Of a stretch of 64,000 bases of DNA, positions 37,815-47,610 are shown piece after piece. Position 1 is the stretch's first letter, and each line of letters starts with the position of its first letter. The position numbers were made by a program, and so were the translations under genes. The notes below the pieces were generated by a model that was not told where the DNA came from, did no database searches, and worked only from the letters and a program-made list of their open reading frames with translations. The stretch covers positions 293,154-357,153 of the IMG/VR virus record IMGVR_UViG_3300021400_002728. One strand, written 5' to 3'. The stretch is from a virus (lineage: Duplodnaviria > Heunggongvirae > Uroviricota > Caudoviricetes).

Positions 37815-38916
37815 TTTGTGTACTCTTTACAGTAGAATCAAGCAACATTTTATATGCAGATTCTTCCTTAATAGAATAATTAGTAATTCTCTGTGCTGGA
37901 GCTGTCCAAGGCGCTACGAATAATCTACAAGTTCCAAGTCCTTTTGCTTCTTTATACGCTTTTTTAACTTGTTCTACAATATAATTATTGCCACACAAGT
38001 ATAATAAGAAACCAAAGACCATATTATCTTTATAAGACTTCATAATTTTATCATAACGATTACCAGTCTTAGCAGAGAGTTCCATTTCAATTGCCCAACT
38101 TTGCGGCTGTCCATTAGGTAGTCTAAATGCTGGAATTACTAAGTCAGGACGCTGTGTATAGATCCCATCTTTATTCTTTTCAGGATCTTCTGTAGCTAAT
38201 GTAAAGAGTGAATAGTCTTGAAATTCTGCAGTAAATTTTGCTTTATTTCTAATAGACTGAATAAGTTTGTCTTGACCTTCTCTTACTGAAGCAGCGTCAA
38301 TTTTGCCTTTATATTCTTCTTCAGTAAAGATAGGTACACCAACTTTCTGTTGTGATTTGATCTTTAATGGATGATATGTAGGTAAGCATTGTGCTTCACT
38401 CTTTTGAATAAAATACCAAATTTCTGATGTAGGATTTCCCATCATAACATCAAACATAATCTGCATTTCTGCACATGTATGATTAAGTAAATTAAATGGA
38501 ACATCTACATATCCAGGTCTATTTTTATGTTCTATTCCATTTTTATCAACCCAGGTAGAATCATAAATATCCATTAAATCAAATAAAAAGTAGGTTGGTC
38601 TGATAAACACACCAGTTGAACCAGTCTGTGCCCATACTAAACCAACTCTAATAAATCTCTCAATCTGATTATAACCGTTAGTTGCATATACTTCATACCA
38701 CTGCTGAATTAACCAAGCAGGAGCCCATCTAAAACGAGCTATAATATAAAGTACTACTTCATCAAGAGTATAAATAGAAGCCACGTCATCAATCGTTTTG
38801 ATCTCGACGTGATCTGCATACATATTTACATGAGGTGTAACTTTTGGATATCGATAGTATGTATTTTTTACAGCTTCTTCATCCTGTATTTCTAGTAATT
38901 CTAATTGACTTCTCAT
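37792..38916 (-). CDS. Replic_Relax-like protein (wHTH plus PD-(D/E)xK nuclease; putative relaxase)
   Basis: LLNHTCA, RPDLVI, WAIEMELSAK...RY..I...Y, LLYLC; located near the coupling ATPase. Confidence 0.65.
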   Translation of the reverse strand: MRSQLELLEIQDEEAVKNTYYRYPKVTPHVNMYADHVEIKTIDDVASIYTLDEVVLYIIARFRWAPAWLIQQWYEVYATNGYNQIERFIRVGLVWAQTGSTGVFIRPTYFLFDLMDIYDSTWVDKNGIEHKNRPGYVDVPFNLLNHTCAEMQIMFDVMMGNPTSEIWYFIQKSEAQCLPTYHPLKIKSQQKVGVPIFTEEEYKGKIDAASVREGQDKLIQSIRNKAKFTAEFQDYSLFTLATEDPEKNKDGIYTQRPDLVIPAFRLPNGQPQSWAIEMELSAKTGNRYDKIMKSYKDNMVFGFLLYLCGNNYIVEQVKKAYKEAKGLGTCRLFVAPWTAPAQRITNYSIKEESAYKMLLDSTVKSTQSEEANNG

Positions 38917-39455
38917 TCTTTAATCTCAACTTTCTGAACAGTGTATCTTTTACCGTCAGTTGCTACGAAATCATTAATAGCTGTAAAGTAGATATAAGGA
39001 ATTACTGGAATTACTGCCCACAATATAATCCACCAAGGATTTTTCTTGTGTTTCATTGTGAACTGCCACATCATCATGCACCATAAAACTAATGTTATAA
39101 GAGCAAATGCTATCAGTACATACTTAGTAGCTACTGCAATAGTTCCTATAGTTGTAGGTACCTGAACTTCTACTGTACTAAATTCACCTTCAGAAGAAGG
39201 TAAAGTAATTGCATAAGCATATGTCTGCATAATCCAGATTTCGTATCCAAAACAGAAGGCAAAGTATAACCAAAATACTACATGTGATATTCCATTAGCA
39301 ATAGCTAATTTTTTACATCCTACAGACTTTCCTAATTTATATTTATTAAATCCTGGTATAAATGCTTGCTTAACAGGTATACCTCGTTTATAGAACATAA
39401 TGGCTCTACATACAGCACATATAATAGTTAATATAAATACTGCACCAATTGTCAT
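38913..39455 (-). CDS. Multi-pass membrane protein
   Basis: Four hydrophobic segments; AFIPGFNKY motif. Confidence 0.65.
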   Translation of the reverse strand: MTIGAVFILTIICAVCRAIMFYKRGIPVKQAFIPGFNKYKLGKSVGCKKLAIANGISHVVFWLYFAFCFGYEIWIMQTYAYAITLPSSEGEFSTVEVQVPTTIGTIAVATKYVLIAFALITLVLWCMMMWQFTMKHKKNPWWIILWAVIPVIPYIYFTAINDFVATDGKRYTVQKVEIKE

Positions 39456-39553
39456 TTTTCTAACTTCCTTTCTAAAATCATCATTCTTTATCTACTAGAA
39501 TGATATCTATATTGCATATTATTATTAAATAGCTTTTGAGATAAAAACACCCC

Positions 39554-40924
39554 TTAAGCGAGTGTTTTAGCTAGCTCAAGGAGTGCTGTTCTTTCATTTT
39601 TAACCTGATCATCAATAACTGCATCAAAGAGACTTTTAAGAATTTGACCTACAAGAGGACCTGGCTTGATGTTGAGTAGATCGATAATATCTTTACCACC
39701 AACCTCAAGGTCAGTGATCTTGAAAGCATTTTCCTGCTCTACTACAATATCAATATTTTTCTTAAATATCTCAAATCTCTGAAGCATATCGTTCCAAGCA
39801 TCTTCTTCACCTACAGGACATCTATGGTCCATAATATCAGCTTCTTTAAGGAAGATCCAGTCTCTTACAAGTTCTTCACTAGTATTGACGATAAATCTTC
39901 TAATGTGTTTGTATTCAGGACTAACCGTATCATCGTGATGAAGAATAAGATCAATAATCCGTTCTCTTTCTCTTACAGAAAGTCTAAGGTCTTTTTCAAA
40001 TACTTCTCTTGCAATATCTACACTGACAAGCTGATGTCCGTAGAAATGATCACAATTGTATTCATCATCATGAACTCTACTAGCAGGTTTACCAATATCA
40101 TGAAGCAGTGCCGCAAGCTTAATCTCAAACTTATTAGACTTGCAACCATCTACAACATAAAGAATATGCTCGTAAATATCATGAGGATGCCATCTACTAT
40201 TGTGAGGTGCACCAATACAAGGTTTCATCTCAGGAATGATAACACTCACAATATCAGAAAACTCAGTGAAGATTTCTCTAATAGGATTACCACTTACAAG
40301 CATCTTACGAAGCTCATCAGTGATTCTTTCTTTAGAGATACATTCATCAAGTCTCTTAAGAACTTCAACATCATGCATTGCAACCTTAGTAGAATCTTCA
40401 ATAGTGAAGCCATACTTAATTGCAAATCTCATAGCACGAAGAACTCTAAGAGGATCTTCAATGAATCTCTGTTTTGCATCACCAACACAACGAACAATAC
40501 CTTTTGCAAGATCATCTCTACCATTGAAAGGATCTACGAATTCGTTCGTAACAGGATTCTTAGCAATAGCATTCATAGTGAAGTCACGTCTTGCAAGATC
40601 TTCTTTAAGTGAAGGTGTGAAAGTAACAGTATCAGGATGACGTCCATCATCATACTTACCATCAATTCTATATGTAGTCACTTCATAGAAGTCAGAGTCT
40701 TTGTTAACTCTAACAGAAACAGTACCATGTTTCAGGCCTGTATCTATGTGTGAATTAAATAGTCTTTGAACCTGTTCAGGTAATGCATTAGTAGTAATGT
40801 CTATATCTTTTGCATCACGACCCATGATAGAATCTCTAACGAATCCACCAACAAGGTAAGCCTCAAATCCATTCTTGATTAAGACTTCTGAAACTTTAAT
40901 TGCATTTTCTAACATCTTGTCCAT
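39554..40924 (-). CDS. cca: CCA-adding tRNA nucleotidyltransferase (class II) with HD domain
   Basis: YLVGGFVRD, DIDITT, EVTTYR, EDLARRDFTMNA, EDPLRVLRAMRF, ALLHDIGK. Confidence 0.92.
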   Translation of the reverse strand: MDKMLENAIKVSEVLIKNGFEAYLVGGFVRDSIMGRDAKDIDITTNALPEQVQRLFNSHIDTGLKHGTVSVRVNKDSDFYEVTTYRIDGKYDDGRHPDTVTFTPSLKEDLARRDFTMNAIAKNPVTNEFVDPFNGRDDLAKGIVRCVGDAKQRFIEDPLRVLRAMRFAIKYGFTIEDSTKVAMHDVEVLKRLDECISKERITDELRKMLVSGNPIREIFTEFSDIVSVIIPEMKPCIGAPHNSRWHPHDIYEHILYVVDGCKSNKFEIKLAALLHDIGKPASRVHDDEYNCDHFYGHQLVSVDIAREVFEKDLRLSVRERERIIDLILHHDDTVSPEYKHIRRFIVNTSEELVRDWIFLKEADIMDHRCPVGEEDAWNDMLQRFEIFKKNIDIVVEQENAFKITDLEVGGKDIIDLLNIKPGPLVGQILKSLFDAVIDDQVKNERTALLELAKTLA

Positions 40925-40952
40925 ACTATCACCTCAATTTCATTATAGATAT

Positions 40953-40981
40953 ATTATAACATGAAAAAGATGTGATGTAAA
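40953..40981 (-). promoter_or_regulatory. Promoter TTTACA-N17-TATAAT upstream of cca
   Basis: Exact hexamers, 17-bp spacer. Confidence 0.75.
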
Positions 40982-41016
40982 TAGTTTATATTTTAATTTT
41001 GTGGACTTCTTCTAGT

Positions 41017-41178
41017 TTATATATCTAATTCATCCATTTCCACTTCAGCGTCTAATGAGGTATCACCAGAGGTCTTAGGATAAACCATTGTATATTTATG
41101 ATTTACATATTTAACTATGATTATAGTTATCACCGTGAGTACACTAAGTACTGCTAGGATAGTATATAGCCTGCTCAT
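41017..41178 (-). CDS. Small membrane protein (53 aa, not in the ORF track)
   Basis: GGGAGG RBS; MSRLYTILAVLSVLTVITIIIVKY... with one TM helix. Confidence 0.55.
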   Translation of the reverse strand: MSRLYTILAVLSVLTVITIIIVKYVNHKYTMVYPKTSGDTSLDAEVEMDELDI

Positions 41179-41200
41179 ATAAAGTTACCTCCCAATATTT

Positions 41201-41890
41201 TTATTTTACAATCTTCTTTTTAGACCCTCTTCTCAAATTCTCTTTTCTAGAGGGTCTTGCGGCAATATGATTAAATTTAGGTTGGTAAGATTCAATCATT
41301 GCTTGCTCCGCATAAGTAAGAAGTTCATTAAACTCAAATTCATCTTTAAGTTTAGGAACTCTAAACAAAGTCTTATAAGATAGATCTGGAAGGTTATAGT
41401 TCTTTGCCATCTCATAATATTTGAACTCTACCTTATGAGGCATCTTACTAATTGAAATTCTTTGTTTATGAAGTTTAGTTCCATTAATCTGGAATTTTGC
41501 TTTCTTAAAATTTTCTTTGTGCTGTTTGATTCTCATTGAAATATTGACACTTTGACCTACATACAAACAAGTAGATCCACAGAAGATTCCATAGATTCCC
41601 GCAGTATTTGATATTCTCTGCATAAATTGAGACTGGTATCTTCTATTCAAATGAGTTAATCTTTTTCTATATGGATATAAGAAATGTGTTTTAGTGATCT
41701 TATCACCAAATCTATCCTTATTATCCTTAACTAAATAAATAGCAGTTTTTAGTTCTAAACATTTTTGGCATTGTCGATTTATAAACCAAGTATTGCCATG
41801 TATTTTACAAGTATCTTTGTATTTTGTATCTTTGTGATCCCAACATACAACATACTTGCCGCTATTACATCCGCATATCTTGCATTTCAT
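41201..41890 (-). CDS. GIY-YIG endonuclease
   Basis: AGIYGI...LYVGQSVNISMRIKQH...EQAMI...PKFN. Confidence 0.82.
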   Translation of the reverse strand: MKCKICGCNSGKYVVCWDHKDTKYKDTCKIHGNTWFINRQCQKCLELKTAIYLVKDNKDRFGDKITKTHFLYPYRKRLTHLNRRYQSQFMQRISNTAGIYGIFCGSTCLYVGQSVNISMRIKQHKENFKKAKFQINGTKLHKQRISISKMPHKVEFKYYEMAKNYNLPDLSYKTLFRVPKLKDEFEFNELLTYAEQAMIESYQPKFNHIAARPSRKENLRRGSKKKIVK

Positions 41891-41916
41891 TTAGCGACCT
41901 CCTTACTAGAAAATAT

Positions 41917-42189
41917 CTAATGATTTTTTACCTCCGTCCATGCGGCTTTCAAATGTTTTTCTATTTCTGGTAAGTTAGACTTAGCACAATAATAAGCTGT
42001 ATATGTAGCAGTTATTCCTTTATCACCTAAATATAATACTAAATTTAAGCCATTTTTATTAGTAGTAAAGTATGGATATATACTATCCCATGTTTTATCA
42101 CATAATTTTTGATGGATTATATAATGATCTTTTTTATATAACGAATATCCACGCTTTTTTACAGTACCATATTTATCAAATAAACACAT
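41917..42189 (-). CDS. Hypothetical protein
   Basis: ORF with RBS. Confidence 0.5.
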   Translation of the reverse strand: MCLFDKYGTVKKRGYSLYKKDHYIIHQKLCDKTWDSIYPYFTTNKNGLNLVLYLGDKGITATYTAYYCAKSNLPEIEKHLKAAWTEVKNH

Positions 42190-42209
42190 TGTCTAACTTC
42201 CCTCTTTCA

Positions 42210-42407
42210 TTAATTATTTTCTAGTTTTTTAAGTGCACTTTGATATACTTGTGGAATATATTCATAAATCATTCCTTTATCATTACATACTTGTACACCA
42301 GTTATACTACTGATGGTCTGACAAAATTTTTTGATCCTTTCAATATCCTGAGATTTAGGTCTGAAACGATCATCAAATAATGCTTCACGCTCCTCTTGAA
42401 TATTCAT
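42210..42407 (-). CDS. Hypothetical protein
   Basis: AAGGAG RBS. Confidence 0.5.
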   Translation of the reverse strand: MNIQEEREALFDDRFRPKSQDIERIKKFCQTISSITGVQVCNDKGMIYEYIPQVYQSALKKLENN

Positions 42408-42560
42408 CTGCCAATTCTCCTTTTATATATAGATTTGACTTTCGTCAATTATTTTCAAATTTAGTAGAGGGCCTACTGAAATAGACCCTCTGAATAGTAT
42501 TATGTTAATTCATTAAAATTTTCTTCAGTCTAAACATTAATTTGAGTTAGTTCAGATTTC

Positions 42561-43214
42561 TTACTCTGTAATTGTTATATAACTTGTTGCAGTTGCTCCA
42601 TCTGTAGATGTCCAATAAATTGGAAATGTTCCAATTCCATTAATAGCTCCGGCATCACATACTACCGTTCCAGAACTACTATCTAATGCACTATTTAATG
42701 CCGCTTCAATTGCAGCAGTTCCACCACTAGCTGAAGCAGTTACATCATGTACTTTTATATAAGCCTGTACTTTTGGTTGATCTGTAACAGAAGGTTTATT
42801 TTCTCCACTATTAGTAGAAGGCTTAGTGTCAGTTTTAGGCTGTTCTGTATTCTTATTATTATTCTTAGCGTCTTCAGCTTTCTTAGTGTCTTCCTCTGCT
42901 TGTTTATCTGCCTCTTCTTGTAATTCCTTGATCTTATCATCTAACTCAGACTCAATAGTAGTATATGCAGCATTATATGCTTCTTCATATACTTCATCAT
43001 AAAGCTCTTGTCGAACTTCTTCTTTAACTTCTTCTTTTAACTCTGCTTTAATCTCTTCTCTTAAAGCATCATTACTAGTTGTAGTCTCTACAGTAGGTTT
43101 AGCCTGTTGAACTGACCTTGAACTTTTTGAACCTATATAGTAACCAGTCACTCCAACAAATCCTAAACATACTATAAACGCTCCTATAAGAAGTATTATA
43201 GTAGACTTCTTCAT
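42561..43214 (-). CDS. Membrane-anchored coiled-coil protein with C-terminal Ig-like module
   Basis: N-terminal TM, E/K coil, GTFPIYWTSTDG...ITITE. Confidence 0.7.
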   Translation of the reverse strand: MKKSTIILLIGAFIVCLGFVGVTGYYIGSKSSRSVQQAKPTVETTTSNDALREEIKAELKEEVKEEVRQELYDEVYEEAYNAAYTTIESELDDKIKELQEEADKQAEEDTKKAEDAKNNNKNTEQPKTDTKPSTNSGENKPSVTDQPKVQAYIKVHDVTASASGGTAAIEAALNSALDSSSGTVVCDAGAINGIGTFPIYWTSTDGATATSYITITE

Positions 43215-43273
43215 TCTAATACCTCCTTACATTTTAATATAGAGGTCTCCTAAATAATTAAGAGACCTCATGT

Positions 43274-44461
43274 TTATTCTGTTAAAGTTACATATTGTGT
43301 ACAAGATAATGATCCATCAGGTGTTTGCCAATTTATAGTATATGTTCCAGGACCATCAGGTTGGTACGACAAAAATACTCCGCCAGTTTCAGGACTACAA
43401 TATGCGTTATTTTTATCATAGTCATAGTAATGAATATGAGATTGAGCTCTCATTAAAAATGCTTGCATGACAATTGGATCACCACCAGGTGGACCATCAA
43501 CTGACATTGACCAAGTAAAACTATCAGCAGTTAATTGTGGATGTTTTATTGTATTAGTTCCATCATCATTTATACCTGCATCTTGATCACCGTATCCAGA
43601 ATCATTATCATTGTTAGGATTATCATCATCTCTATTAGTTTGTTCTGTTAATTGATTTACTTGTTCTTGTCGCTCTATAAGATCTCCAACATCTCTATTA
43701 GCAATAGTTTGTTTAACTAATAAAATTTGTAAATCAATTTTAGATATATTTCCAGAACTATCTGTAGCAGTATAAGTTACAATAATATTATCGTCAGAAC
43801 TACTATCAAAATTCGGTTTTTCAGGATATGTTATAGTTATATCTTTTAAAGCTGAATAGTTATCAGTTATAGACATAATATAATCTTCTGCATTCCAATT
43901 TTTAGTATCATTAGTATATCTACGTAAAGTAACATTATGATACAGACCTTCACTAGTTTTAGGAAGTTCTTTTCCAGTTTTAGGATCTTTAAGAGTAACT
44001 ACAGGTCCAGTAATATCTTTAACTCTAACTGAAAGAGTAGTTGTATTATGTTTTACTCTATTATTAGAATTATATGTTATTATATAATCACCAATTGTAG
44101 CAGTATCTACATTTCCTTCAATAGTAAATGAATAAGCTTTATTTTCTGGATCTATAAAAGATTCATATTCTCGAGTATTAACTGTATCAATATAACTATC
44201 TGCAATAAAGTTAAAGTTCTCTTGATTATATGGAATTTCAATGTAAAATCCATTATCATCTTGACTTACATTTTTTAACATAATTTGAGGATTAGTAAGT
44301 GCATCATAAATAAAATCTCGTAAGAAAAATCCAGCGACGCATACATCAATAACTGTTATTACGGTTATCGCAAGTATGATTTTTGGTGCTTTACTTATAT
44401 GTATCTCACCAAATACGACGTCAGCGTCACCTTTATATTTCCAGGTAACAGTTTTGCTCAT
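43274..44461 (-). CDS. Membrane-anchored Ig-like (DUF5011-type) surface protein, paralog 3
   Basis: WxYKG N-terminus, TM, RDFIYD, VDTATIGDYIITY, DITGPVVTL. Confidence 0.7.
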   Translation of the reverse strand: MSKTVTWKYKGDADVVFGEIHISKAPKIILAITVITVIDVCVAGFFLRDFIYDALTNPQIMLKNVSQDDNGFYIEIPYNQENFNFIADSYIDTVNTREYESFIDPENKAYSFTIEGNVDTATIGDYIITYNSNNRVKHNTTTLSVRVKDITGPVVTLKDPKTGKELPKTSEGLYHNVTLRRYTNDTKNWNAEDYIMSITDNYSALKDITITYPEKPNFDSSSDDNIIVTYTATDSSGNISKIDLQILLVKQTIANRDVGDLIERQEQVNQLTEQTNRDDDNPNNDNDSGYGDQDAGINDDGTNTIKHPQLTADSFTWSMSVDGPPGGDPIVMQAFLMRAQSHIHYYDYDKNNAYCSPETGGVFLSYQPDGPGTYTINWQTPDGSLSCTQYVTLTE

Positions 44462-44479
44462 ACGTATTTTCCTTTCTTT

Positions 44480-45535
44480 TTATTGATGTGCATGCGAAGC
44501 TCTATGTTCAATCCATTCTGATTCTGGTACTTTTGCTCCACATTCTGGACAAGTATATATAAGATTATCTGAGTTTCCTCCTCCATTATTGTTATTATTT
44601 CCGCCACCACTAGAAGGTTTAGTAACAATAATAGGTTCTTCTTGTTTTTCATTCCATTCACTAATACGAGCTTGAAGTTTGTCATATAATATATCAGAAT
44701 CTAGACTAACTACTATACTAAGAATTTCTGAACTTATATTACCAAATTCATCTGTAGTAGTAAATTCTATAGAATAACTTTTAGTAGGAAGGTCAATAAG
44801 TTCTAAGTATCTATTTTGTAGTTCTTCCATTTCTTCTAAGCTATATTTTTCTATATTTGTATCAAACTCACTTGTATCAATATATAAATTTTGAATGTCT
44901 AGTAATTGTACAGAATTACCTGATATAGTAATTTCATAAGTTAGGTTATCTCTTAAATAACTATTAGAAGATTTATCATCGGATATTGACTGAATAAAAT
45001 TCATAGGATCAAAAGTTTGAATATCTTCATGATTATAGTAAAGAGTAACTTCATTTGTTTTAAGTGTAATAGTAGGTGCAATTTCATCTTTAGGAGTTAG
45101 AACTGTAACATTCATAGTAATCTCATTTTCTTGAATGTGATTAGAAGAATGATAAGTAACAGTGTATTGTTCAGGACGTTGTGTATCTACATTACTGTCA
45201 ATTACTAAAGTATATGGAAATTCTATAGATTCATCTGTAATATTATTTAGTGATTCTATAAACTTATCATATTTGATAGTTTTAGTTTTATCAATGTAGT
45301 CCAAAGGATCAAAATCACTTTGGTATTGAACTACTATATTATCTTTAATAAGAACTATATGCGGATTATTGAGTTTGTCGTAGATAAAATCTCTTTTAAT
45401 AAAGCCAATAATACCAATAACAATGACAGCTAGAACTATAAAGGCAGTCAATATTTTTGGTAAAGGGCTTGCATGTCGCTCACCAAGAGTAATATCAGCT
45501 TCGCCCTTATAATTCCAGGTCATTGTTTTACTCAT
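44480..45535 (-). CDS. Membrane-anchored Ig-like surface protein, paralog 2, with C-terminal C2H2-like motif
   Basis: WNYKG, TM, RDFIYD, DEIAPTITL; ends CPECG...HRASH. Confidence 0.7.
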   Translation of the reverse strand: MSKTMTWNYKGEADITLGERHASPLPKILTAFIVLAVIVIGIIGFIKRDFIYDKLNNPHIVLIKDNIVVQYQSDFDPLDYIDKTKTIKYDKFIESLNNITDESIEFPYTLVIDSNVDTQRPEQYTVTYHSSNHIQENEITMNVTVLTPKDEIAPTITLKTNEVTLYYNHEDIQTFDPMNFIQSISDDKSSNSYLRDNLTYEITISGNSVQLLDIQNLYIDTSEFDTNIEKYSLEEMEELQNRYLELIDLPTKSYSIEFTTTDEFGNISSEILSIVVSLDSDILYDKLQARISEWNEKQEEPIIVTKPSSGGGNNNNNGGGNSDNLIYTCPECGAKVPESEWIEHRASHAHQ

Positions 45536-45558
45536 ATTATCTTAATTTTCCTTTCATA

Positions 45559-46692
45559 TTATTCTGTAGTTTCTTCTATATAGTCTTCTTCTACATGTGT
45601 ATCATCTTTTACGGTGATCTTTTGTGTACAAGTTAGACCATCAGTTGTACTCCAAAGAACTTCATAGGTACCTGGTTCAGTGATATTTTCTGTTACAAAA
45701 GCACCAGAAACAGGATAGAATGATTCTTCTCCATTATAATCAATGAGTTCCATAGCAGCTAATACAAATCCATCCGAACCACTAGATAAAGGCCAAATCA
45801 TATCATTAGCTTCTATACTAATAGTAGGAGTTTCTGTAATAGGTTCTGGATCATCTTCCTTAGTTCTTTCCCAGTTACCTAATAAAATATTCAATTCACG
45901 TTCCATAGCATTGATTCTCTCTTTTTGAGATTCTGCTACAGCATCATATTTATCCATTACTGTAAGAGGAAGTCTAGCAACACTAGAGTTACCTGCTTTA
46001 TCTACTGCAGTATAGATAATTTCAAAGTTTTGTATTCCTTTTCCATTTTCGAGATCGATATCCTGACCAGTATTATCAAGTTTTATATCTTTCTCTTCAT
46101 AGAAATCATCTGTTACAGACACTAAATAGTCATTAGCATTAAAGTCTAAAGTACCTAAAATATCATCACTATTATGAGCGCCTCTAACTAATATAATAGG
46201 ATCATATTCACCACTATCGTTAAAAGTAGATTTTAGTTTAATTACAGGAGCAGTTAGATCTTTAACATGAACCATTACTTTAATAGTCTGTTCAGACATT
46301 TTATTGGCTGAATGATATATTAAGGTATAATCTCCTATAACATTTGTATCAACACTACCTTCTATAGAATAAGTATAGTTAGTGTTATTAGGATCCATAA
46401 ACTCTTCATATTTTAATGTTGTTTCATCGTTTATATAATTTTCCGGATGAAACTCATACTTGTATGGTAGATTCAAATAATAACCATTTTCATTAATATT
46501 TGCATACAACTGTATTTGAGGATTATTCACTATATCATAGATATAATCTCTTAAAATGAAAGCAGCGCCGCCTATAGCTACCAATACAAGTGTAGTAAAA
46601 ATAGCAATAATAGTAGGTAAAGGACTATTCGCCTTAGCACCAAAGGACGCAGTAGGTCGGCCTTTATAATACCATTCTTGTATTTGACTCAT
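45559..46692 (-). CDS. Membrane-anchored Ig-like surface protein, paralog 1
   Basis: WYYKG, TM, RDYIYD, VDTNVIGDYTLIY, DLTAPVIKL. Confidence 0.7.
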   Translation of the reverse strand: MSQIQEWYYKGRPTASFGAKANSPLPTIIAIFTTLVLVAIGGAAFILRDYIYDIVNNPQIQLYANINENGYYLNLPYKYEFHPENYINDETTLKYEEFMDPNNTNYTYSIEGSVDTNVIGDYTLIYHSANKMSEQTIKVMVHVKDLTAPVIKLKSTFNDSGEYDPIILVRGAHNSDDILGTLDFNANDYLVSVTDDFYEEKDIKLDNTGQDIDLENGKGIQNFEIIYTAVDKAGNSSVARLPLTVMDKYDAVAESQKERINAMERELNILLGNWERTKEDDPEPITETPTISIEANDMIWPLSSGSDGFVLAAMELIDYNGEESFYPVSGAFVTENITEPGTYEVLWSTTDGLTCTQKITVKDDTHVEEDYIEETTE

Positions 46693-47540
46693 ACGACTCC
46701 TCTTCCTTTCAAGAAAATTAATGCTATTAATCCTATATCAATTGCTAGAACTACAATATCTAATATAGTATTGATTAGTCCACCAGTTGTACAAGTAATA
46801 GGAAGTTTGCATTTAAACCAACAATGCCCACCTATTGGTATAGGCCATAAAAGTGGTACACCACCGTCTGCGAAGAAATCCTCCAGACAGTGAAATATAT
46901 AGCCAAAACCTATGCATAAACCTAAGATTCGTAAATGATCATAATCCAAAGTAAATGTATAGAGAAGTACAAGTACTGGAAGAATATAACTTAATAGTTT
47001 AGGTAGTTTGAATAATTTTATAATTCGATATAAGATCATATCACTACCACAAAGAACTGCCATAAATAAAACTACCATAAAGAATAAGACTGCAACATTA
47101 CTTTGTAAGAATCCATCAAATGTTTCTTCTTTAATCCCACCAAATATTGTAGTTTCACCTGTAGGCATTCCAAACCAAAATAAGCATAAAATTCCACCAC
47201 CTGCGACTAATGTATGCCAAAAATATCTATGTGGAGTCATCGGCATTCTTTCTCTTCTTGTATGAACTAGTGTCCATATAATAGAGCTTGTGGATTGCAT
47301 AAAGATAGTGATGATACTTCCCATAAATCCTAAAGTAGATCCAGCAGAACTAGAACAGTTATCTAGGTCTGGAAGTAAAGCCCCACCAACAAGAACCGTT
47401 AATCCAATAATAAAGAATAAGATGTTATCTTTCAATAGCCAAAGTGTTTCTTCGAAGACATTTACAGGAATAAGCAAACAAATGCATAAAAACATCACGG
47501 ACAATAGTGCGTGCGTTTTTCCCATAAATCCCTTAACCAT
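46689..47540 (-). CDS. YdjM-like membrane metal-dependent hydrolase
   Basis: MGKTH, GALLPDLD, HRYFWHT, HCLED...GVPLLWP. Confidence 0.8.
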   Translation of the reverse strand: MVKGFMGKTHALLSVMFLCICLLIPVNVFEETLWLLKDNILFFIIGLTVLVGGALLPDLDNCSSSAGSTLGFMGSIITIFMQSTSSIIWTLVHTRRERMPMTPHRYFWHTLVAGGGILCLFWFGMPTGETTIFGGIKEETFDGFLQSNVAVLFFMVVLFMAVLCGSDMILYRIIKLFKLPKLLSYILPVLVLLYTFTLDYDHLRILGLCIGFGYIFHCLEDFFADGGVPLLWPIPIGGHCWFKCKLPITCTTGGLINTILDIVVLAIDIGLIALIFLKGRGVV

Positions 47541-47610
47541 TGTTTTAATTTCCTTTCTCTTAAAATAGATGACGACCGCATATTGCTATACGGCCGCCAT
47601 ATAAGTAGTT

